DNA of 46,041 nucleotides from a virus: UHGV virus genome UHGV-1457062; one strand, 5' to 3'. Shown piece by piece: positions 40,531 to 46,041 of this stretch (position 1 is its first letter; each line of letters starts with the position of its first letter). The notes under the pieces were generated by a model. It saw only the letters and a program-made list of their open reading frames with translations, ran no database searches and was not told where the DNA came from. The position numbers and the translations under genes were made by a program.

Positions 40531-40967
40531 TTTCCGAATAGAGTGCTCATCGGTGATGTTTCAATCTGGATTGCGCCGCCGTCTTTGCCTGTTAGCTCGT
40601 GATCAACCTTGTCGCGCCATTTATCCTTCTGTCGGTTCTTAAGCCAGAAGATGGCAGCTGTTGTATCAGGCGGGTAATACTTCTCAAGAGGAGTTTCGAC
40701 AATTCTGTTTTCAATAACACGAATATCGATGTCTGGAGCCACGAAGCCCATAGCGCGTTGATAAAGACGATCACTAACTTCTGCATCAGCGACGGCCTTA
40801 CCCTTTTTTATGGACTCCGAAAACTTAGGATAATCAAGCTTCCACTTGTTAATAGTTGACTCACTGACTTCAAAGAAATCAGCAAGTTCTGCATCGGTGT
40901 AGCCCAGCAAGCACAGTTTGCGTGCCTGTTCGGCATACGCCTCTTGATACTTTGTTGGGCGCGCCAT
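40527..40967 (-). CDS. terminase small subunit
   Basis: 146 aa upstream of and overlapping terL; HTH-like N-terminus. Confidence 0.75.
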   Translation of the reverse strand: MARPTKYQEAYAEQARKLCLLGYTDAELADFFEVSESTINKWKLDYPKFSESIKKGKAVADAEVSDRLYQRAMGFVAPDIDIRVIENRIVETPLEKYYPPDTTAAIFWLKNRQKDKWRDKVDHELTGKDGGAIQIETSPMSTLFGK

Positions 40968-40969
40968 GT

Positions 40970-41212
40970 TTATGCTCCGGTAGTGAACAGGTCTAACGCT
41001 TCCTTCGATTTACGTACCGCTTCGATAGTGCGGGTCGTGATATCTGAATTAGCGCCGCCTGACTGGAAGTGAATTTTGAATAGCTCAAGCTTCAGCTCGT
41101 CAGTGCCAATGAACTGAAATGCTTCTTCTGCGGCTGCGTTCTGGTTCATGACCAGTTTGTAAATCTCTAACTGGAATTTCTGTTCTTCAGTCATGGGAAT
41201 AATCTCTGCCAT
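40970..41212 (-). CDS. hypothetical protein (80 aa)
   Basis: ORF immediately upstream of terS. Confidence 0.45.
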   Translation of the reverse strand: MAEIIPMTEEQKFQLEIYKLVMNQNAAAEEAFQFIGTDELKLELFKIHFQSGGANSDITTRTIEAVRKSKEALDLFTTGA

Positions 41213-41439
41213 TGTTGGCTCCGTTTATCCGTTAAAAGGGATATCAGTTAAGTTATCCCGTGTAGGGTATAAGCCATTGTCGAGACCATTCATTGAATGG
41301 CCTCTGCAATAACCGATGTCTTTCCATCAGTCCGCCACCACAAAGAATCTTTTTTGCCATAAGGCAGGAGGTTCATCTTTCAGTGGCTGCCAGTGTTATT
41401 TCCCCACTTTCTGGCTTGGGTTGTTTCGCTGTACTGCCG

Positions 41440-41982
41440 TTAATTGGTGAGTCCGGGGATTACGGTTTGCCCGTGCTGTTCAAGGCGTTCAATTCTCGCC
41501 AGTAGCTGAGGCTTCTTAATTTTTCCCCAGCGATTAAGCAGGCGGCCTGACATGCTGGCAACATCCTTCTCTTTCATGTACTCCAGCATTACGGCATTTC
41601 TCTCTTCTTCAAATTGACGATGACCAACCTGAAGCATGGCGTACATCCAGTTGAATGCGTTGATGTAAGCAATTTTGATACGCATTGCTTCTTTTTTGGT
41701 GTAGGACATAACCAAAAGCATCAACCCATCCTTGCGGAGACGGTAGAATTTTTGCGGCTTACCATTCTGTAACTCATTGTTTTTATAGCAAAGCTCAAAG
41801 TTGAGCTTTGTATCAAACTCAGGAGGGCAAGCTTCTATGGTTCGTTCAATGTCACGAACCACGTTCTTCGGCAGCTTTCCAAATGCTTTTGCCACCATAA
41901 AAGAATCTGTAACCGGATCGTTGTTTGCTACAAAAATTAGGTCTCTGAAATCTATATCGTTAACAACGGTTGGGTAGTTCAT
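41440..41982 (-). CDS. phage regulatory protein Rha
   Basis: TDSFMVAKAFGKLPKNVVRDIER Rha signature; ORF track 41440-42051, start set at internal ATG (MNYPTVV...). Confidence 0.65.
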   Translation of the reverse strand: MNYPTVVNDIDFRDLIFVANNDPVTDSFMVAKAFGKLPKNVVRDIERTIEACPPEFDTKLNFELCYKNNELQNGKPQKFYRLRKDGLMLLVMSYTKKEAMRIKIAYINAFNWMYAMLQVGHRQFEEERNAVMLEYMKEKDVASMSGRLLNRWGKIKKPQLLARIERLEQHGQTVIPGLTN

Positions 41983-42327
41983 TGCGTCTTTACCTTTTAG
42001 AAAGATGAGCCTGTTCGCACAGAAAAGCCGCCCCGAGATGGTCGCCACCATATACGGCAGTTCTCAGGCTCAGCTTTCTGAAAGACTCGGGATTGTTACG
42101 CGCTGCGATGCGCGGTTTACTGCAGATATAAAAAAGCCCCGCGAATGCGAGGCTAAATCCTGGTATTTGTAATGACTGGCTCTTATCTCAACGCAGCCCC
42201 TTACCGCGCGCAAAATGCTCAATATCAAGCATCAGCAATGAGATGTTTAATCTGGATTCACTCCAGAAGTGAGCACCACCCTGTCTACAGAGCCAGATGT
42301 GAAGGATGATGAGTAAAATTATCGCTA

Positions 42328-42795
42328 TCATCGAAGGCATTGCGTCCTGATGTATTCCTGAAGCGTTCTCAATGCTGTTTGGTCGCGGATAATTCCGTCC
42401 CGGATACCGAGAACGTTTCGTCCAGCAACTGGAGAGAGTTCGACGGTGGCATCATTGCCCATGCCGGAGGCGCTGGAGGTTTCGGCTGAGGATGGCACAG
42501 GGCATTTTCCTTTGACGAGCACCCGACCACCATTATCAAGCTTGCGCCGAAGAGCATCATTTTCAGCTTTCGCATCAGCTAACTCCTTCGTGTATTTAGC
42601 ATCGAGTGCATCAGCATCGCGCTGGCGCTGCTGCATGTCAGTAATGGTGGCAGTCGCCTGCTTCAGCTCTCTGACTTTTTTATCGCGCTGCTCCTTGTAG
42701 GCGATGGCGTTATCACGGTAATGATTAACAACCCACGACAGGCAGACGATGATGCAGATAACCAGAGCGGAGATAATCGCGGTGACTCTGCTCAT
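42328..42795 (-). CDS. Rz: i-spanin Rz
   Basis: Matches lambda Rz ([21 protein letters not shown]...). Confidence 0.9.
   Translation of the reverse strand: MSRVTAIISALVICIIVCLSWVVNHYRDNAIAYKEQRDKKVRELKQATATITDMQQRQRDADALDAKYTKELADAKAENDALRRKLDNGGRVLVKGKCPVPSSAETSSASGMGNDATVELSPVAGRNVLGIRDGIIRDQTALRTLQEYIRTQCLR
42369..42575 (-). CDS. Rz1: o-spanin Rz1 (embedded in Rz, +1 frame), lipoprotein
   Basis: [21 protein letters not shown] lipobox and proline-rich [11 protein letters not shown], embedded as in lambda. Confidence 0.8.
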   Translation of the reverse strand: MRKLKMMLFGASLIMVVGCSSKENALCHPQPKPPAPPAWAMMPPSNSLQLLDETFSVSGTELSATKQH

Positions 42796-43268
42796 ACCTC
42801 AATCTCTCTGACCGTTCCGCCTGCTTCTTTGAATTTTGCAATCAGGTTGTCAGCCTTATGTTCGAACTGACCATAACCAGCGCCCGGCAGTGAAGCCCAG
42901 ATATTGCTGCAACGGTCGATTGCCTGACGGATATCACCGCGATCAATCATCGGTAAAGCGCCACGCTCTTTAATCTGTTGCAGTGCCACAGCGTCCTGGC
43001 TTTTCGGAGAGAAGTCTTTCAGGCCAAGCTGCTTACGATAGGCATCCCACCAACGGGAAAGAAGCTGGTAGCGTCCGGCTGCTGTTGATTTGAGTTTGGG
43101 GTTTAGCGTGACAAGTTTACGAGGGTGATCGGAGTAATCAGTGAATAGCTCTCCGCCAACAATGACGTCATAACCATGATTTCTGGTTTTCTGACGTCCG
43201 TTATCTGTTCCCTCTGACCACGCCAGCATATCGAGGAACGCCTTACGTTGATTATTGATTTTCACCAT
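42792..43268 (-). CDS. R: endolysin (lytic transglycosylase, lambda R)
   Basis: Matches lambda R ([42 protein letters not shown]...). Confidence 0.9.
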   Translation of the reverse strand: MVKINNQRKAFLDMLAWSEGTDNGRQKTRNHGYDVIVGGELFTDYSDHPRKLVTLNPKLKSTAAGRYQLLSRWWDAYRKQLGLKDFSPKSQDAVALQQIKERGALPMIDRGDIRQAIDRCSNIWASLPGAGYGQFEHKADNLIAKFKEAGGTVREIEV

Positions 43269-43575
43269 CTTCTACTCCGGCTTTTTTAGCAGCGAAGCGT
43301 TTGATAAGCGAACCAATCGAGTCAGTACCGATGTAGCCGATAAACACGCTCGTTATATAAGCGAGATTGCTACTTAGTCCGGCGAAGTCGAGAAGGTCAC
43401 GAATGAACCAGGCGATAATGGCGCACATCGTTGCGTCGATTACTGTTTTTGTAAACGCACCGCCATTATATCTGCCGCGAAGGTACGCCATTGCAAACGC
43501 AAGGATTGCCCCGATGCCTTGTTCCTTTGCCGCGAGAATGGCGGCTAACAGGTCATGTTTTTCTGGCATCTTCAT
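43252..43575 (-). CDS. S: holin (lambda S, S107/S105 dual start)
   Basis: Matches lambda S ([39 protein letters not shown]...). Confidence 0.9.
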   Translation of the reverse strand: MKMPEKHDLLAAILAAKEQGIGAILAFAMAYLRGRYNGGAFTKTVIDATMCAIIAWFIRDLLDFAGLSSNLAYITSVFIGYIGTDSIGSLIKRFAAKKAGVEDGENQ

Positions 43576-44171
43576 GTCTTACCCCCAATAAGGGGATTTG
43601 CTCTATTTAATTAGGAATAAGGTCGATTACTGATAGAACAAATCCAGGCTACTGTGTTTAGTAATCAGATTTGTTCGTGACCGATATGCACGGGCAAAAC
43701 GGCATGAGGTTGTTAGCGCAACCTCATGCCACCCGCTTTCACGAAGGTCATGTGTAGAAGGCCGCAGCATAACTATCACTGATGAATTCAGGATAGCCAG
43801 TGGCTACGGCTCAGGTTGGGTTGTGGCGGTCGGTGCTGAACTCCGACTTAATGACGATAGGCGTGTACCGACGCCTCGTTTTACTTCCTCCGCTTTCACG
43901 GCTTCACCCTAGACCAGCTTTACGAAATCCTCGTAAACCTAACCGCGGCAGATATGACCGGCACGGTGTGCCATATCACGGACCGGCGGGTGTCTCGTTC
44001 ACCTGATTAACGCATCAGCCTGCGTATTCACCACAACGATAAGAGTACTGCGCGGCACCTTTCACCAATTCCGCGAGGTCTGCGGGTTCAATGCTCTTAC
44101 CTGTTGTGCAAACAAAAAAGCCACCGTTGCAACTTAAGAGTCACTAACGGCAGCTTACCTTCTAATTATGG
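43576..44171 (-). promoter_or_regulatory. late-gene control region between Q and S (expected late promoter/qut/terminator); ORF-free
   Basis: About 600 bp without ORF; inverted repeat catgaggttg/caacctcatg near 43705-43732; position between Q-like gene and holin. Confidence 0.4.
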
Positions 44172-44690
44172 CTAAATGGATAATTGCATGTCAAGGTTTT
44201 TAACAGCAACATGCTTAACTTTCTCAACACGTTTACGCATTTTGAAAGCATTTTGCATTGGCTGGTATAAAACAAATAATGACGCTTTCAGGATGTCGTC
44301 AATTTCGTTTCTACAGGTTGCCAGTGAAGGTTTTCTCCATCCCTCGCCACCACGTCCACACATCTTGCGTGGCTTTGCAGTCGCGTGATAGTAGGATGCA
44401 ATTGCTCGCTTAGATGAACCATGAGCGTAGTAGCTGAGGAGGATGCCAAAGGCTTTCTTGTCAATGTACATGACGGAATCGACGATCTGAGAAATCAACA
44501 TTCCATCATCATCATTACACATTGGCATTGTCATAACTCTTCCCGGCTCTACGCTCTCCATGAACTTCGCTATTACGCTGCTCATGCGCTTTTCCAGGCG
44601 ACCTGAATAAACCCATGCGCCCCACAGTTCAAGCCAGCCATTCAGCCAATCGTGCTGTTCTTTGGTGAGGTTTAGCTCTCTTATGCTCAT
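44172..44690 (-). CDS. late-gene antiterminator Q-like protein
   Basis: 172 aa in Q position between ninH/rusA and lysis genes; Cys/His-containing. Confidence 0.55.
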   Translation of the reverse strand: MSIRELNLTKEQHDWLNGWLELWGAWVYSGRLEKRMSSVIAKFMESVEPGRVMTMPMCNDDDGMLISQIVDSVMYIDKKAFGILLSYYAHGSSKRAIASYYHATAKPRKMCGRGGEGWRKPSLATCRNEIDDILKASLFVLYQPMQNAFKMRKRVEKVKHVAVKNLDMQLSI

Positions 44691-44875
44691 CGTCTTCCCT
44701 TTTTGCCTGGCGTGACCATCAGGACGCCGTTAACTATTACGTGACGCTCGCCTTTGCTGTCTCGGTTGTACTTGAGCACTGTTCCTCTTGCACAGGAAAG
44801 CATCCTCGCCACTTCGGTCTGATTGCCTCGTGTCTGGATAAGAAGCTCTGGTATCGTTTGAATTGTGGCGTTCAT
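44687..44875 (-). CDS. ninH: NinH-like protein
   Basis: TIPELLIQTRGNQTEVARMLSCARGTVLKY resembles lambda NinH. Confidence 0.7.
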   Translation of the reverse strand: MNATIQTIPELLIQTRGNQTEVARMLSCARGTVLKYNRDSKGERHVIVNGVLMVTPGKKGRR

Positions 44876-45234
44876 ACGTTCTCCAGTTCGGTGATTTTTA
44901 TTCCAAGCCGTCCGCCTGGTACTTTCACACCACGAATTACGCGAATGTCATCGAATTGCTCGTCGTCTTCCGCAAATCCGGCGTGGATAAGGGAGTCGAG
45001 TAAACCTTTCAGGATGTTATCAAGGTCGCGGCGGCGGGAGTCTGGAACGTCTGCGATGACTTTGATGCGGAGTCGTGATTTGGTGAAAATGTCTAACTTG
45101 AGTTGGCGGATTATTTGCTGTACATCTTTTCGGTATTTCTGGCCTTTATCGCTGATGTAGTATTGGCTTCCCCGTCTTCGCCAGTAGGTATTCACCGACG
45201 GCGGGTATGGAAGCACAAACTGATATTCGTTCAT
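44872..45234 (-). CDS. rusA: Holliday-junction resolvase RusA
   Basis: 120 aa; PDSRRRDLDNILKGLLDSL matches RusA catalytic region. Confidence 0.85.
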   Translation of the reverse strand: MNEYQFVLPYPPSVNTYWRRRGSQYYISDKGQKYRKDVQQIIRQLKLDIFTKSRLRIKVIADVPDSRRRDLDNILKGLLDSLIHAGFAEDDEQFDDIRVIRGVKVPGGRLGIKITELENV

Positions 45235-45521
45235 GGCTTAATCTTCCCCTCCTTCAGCAGTATCGCCTGCGTCCTGATCACGCCTTCGAGGTGGTAAAGT
45301 CTGGCGTCTTTGTTGTCGAGATTATGGGTGCGTCGGTCGATTTCATCGTGACACGCGCTACAAGCCCATGCGCCGATCAGGTCGTCAGGCTTCATTCCCG
45401 TTCCGCAAATTCCAGCCATCCGGTAATGTGCCAGAACTGTAGTTTCAGGATTACCATTGCATACGCCGTAAATACGTACCTGGCATTCTCTGCCGCGCGC
45501 TTCTTTGCGTAGGTTAGCCAT
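45231..45521 (-). CDS. YbcO-like DUF1364 protein
   Basis: MANLRKEARGRECQVRIYGVCNGNPETTVLAH... resembles DLP12 YbcO; adjacent to rusA. Confidence 0.7.
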   Translation of the reverse strand: MANLRKEARGRECQVRIYGVCNGNPETTVLAHYRMAGICGTGMKPDDLIGAWACSACHDEIDRRTHNLDNKDARLYHLEGVIRTQAILLKEGKIKP

Positions 45522-45726
45522 TTACCTTCCCTCGCAATTGAAGAATTGACTGAAGGTCTTTTTTAATAAATATGCGAGTGCGAATTGAGCAGTAGTTTTC
45601 CTTCATTCTGGCGTAGTAATAGTCTTTTCTTTGCTTAAGCTTGTTGGCATCCGCTGTCATCCAGTCTTTTACAGCAAACTTAATTAACCAGCGGTGGCAG
45701 AGATACCATTTCAGGTAATCATTCAT
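45514..45726 (-). CDS. hypothetical nin-region protein (70 aa)
   Basis: ORF overlapping neighbours in nin region. Confidence 0.45.
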   Translation of the reverse strand: MNDYLKWYLCHRWLIKFAVKDWMTADANKLKQRKDYYYARMKENYCSIRTRIFIKKDLQSILQLRGKVNG

Positions 45727-45889
45727 CGTCTTCTTCCTCGTACATTGAGCTATTCGGATCGCTCATCAGTTCTGCGCAGCAATCGGAGCACACGTGAACT
45801 TCCAGCACATGCAGCTTCTGACCGCAGTTAGCGCACGTTAAAGCCCGCTCGACGCTTTCTTGTTCGTAACTTCGATTTGGGTCAATCAC
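45719..45889 (-). CDS. ninF: NinF-like zinc-ribbon protein (56 aa, GTG start)
   Basis: Manually translated ...[46 protein letters not shown] resembles lambda NinF; AGGAAA RBS; start overlaps ninE stop. Confidence 0.55.
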   Translation of the reverse strand: MIDPNRSYEQESVERALTCANCGQKLHVLEVHVCSDCCAELMSDPNSSMYEEEDDE

Positions 45890-46041
45890 CTTGTTTTCCT
45901 CGCACGTTCTCTAAGCCACCGGATATCCCACAGGTGAGCCGTGTAATTAAAGGTTTTTACGTCAGATTCTTTTGGGATTGGCTTGGGTTTATTTCTGGAG
46001 CGTTTCGTTGGAAGGTATTTGCAGTTTTCGCAGATTATGTC
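45886..46041 (-). CDS. ninE: NinE-like protein, C-terminal part (5' end beyond window)
   Basis: Reverse strand reads ...[51 protein letters not shown], matching lambda NinE. Confidence 0.6.
   Translation of the reverse strand, partial: DIICENCKYLPTKRSRNKPKPIPKESDVKTFNYTAHLWDIRWLRERARKTR

Larger units (their letters stand above)
20937..46041. mobile_element. P22-like mosaic lambdoid prophage (partial; continues beyond window end)
   Basis: P22 gene order 3-2-1-8-5-4-10-26-14-7-20-16-(sieA locus)-immI-9 on the minus strand plus lambda-type lysis and nin genes. Confidence 0.9.

Noticed and set aside
43800-44006. ORF 43800-44006(+) in the Q-S intergenic region
   Set aside because: Lies in the late control region on the opposite strand to all neighbouring genes; Arg/Pro-rich translation and no RBS; more likely non-coding regulatory DNA.

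Overview
This window is an Escherichia-type accessory region at the thrW/yagU insertion hotspot, carrying three horizontally acquired elements in tandem. (1) Left flank: the 3' end of a convergent gene, yagU, a lambdoid-integrase C-terminal remnant and a decayed IS1-family copy. (2) VAT island: the SPATE autotransporter gene vat with downstream vatX, ending in a truncated P4-type integrase next to a 21-bp thrW 3'-end repeat. (3) An uncharacterised integrative element of about 12 kb (8.8-20.9 kb): tyrosine integrase, a block of orphan proteins including a 633-aa coiled-coil/glycine-zipper protein, an RHH-Rep module with iterons and long structured non-coding gaps, and a serine recombinase. It ends at a 46-nt copy of the thrW 3' end. 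(4) More than 25 kb of a P22-like mosaic lambdoid prophage, cut by the window end in the nin region. It has a chimeric tailspike, immI (mnt, arc, two antirepressors), a sieA-locus pair (CI-like repressor lacking the catalytic serine, plus a membrane protein), the P22 gene order 16-20-7-14-26-10-4-coat-scaffold-portal-terminase, and a lambda-type lysis cassette. No rRNA, complete tRNA or CRISPR array was seen. Gene calls rest on the ORF track, remembered homologies and synteny; no searches were run, and hand-derived coordinates may be off by a base.
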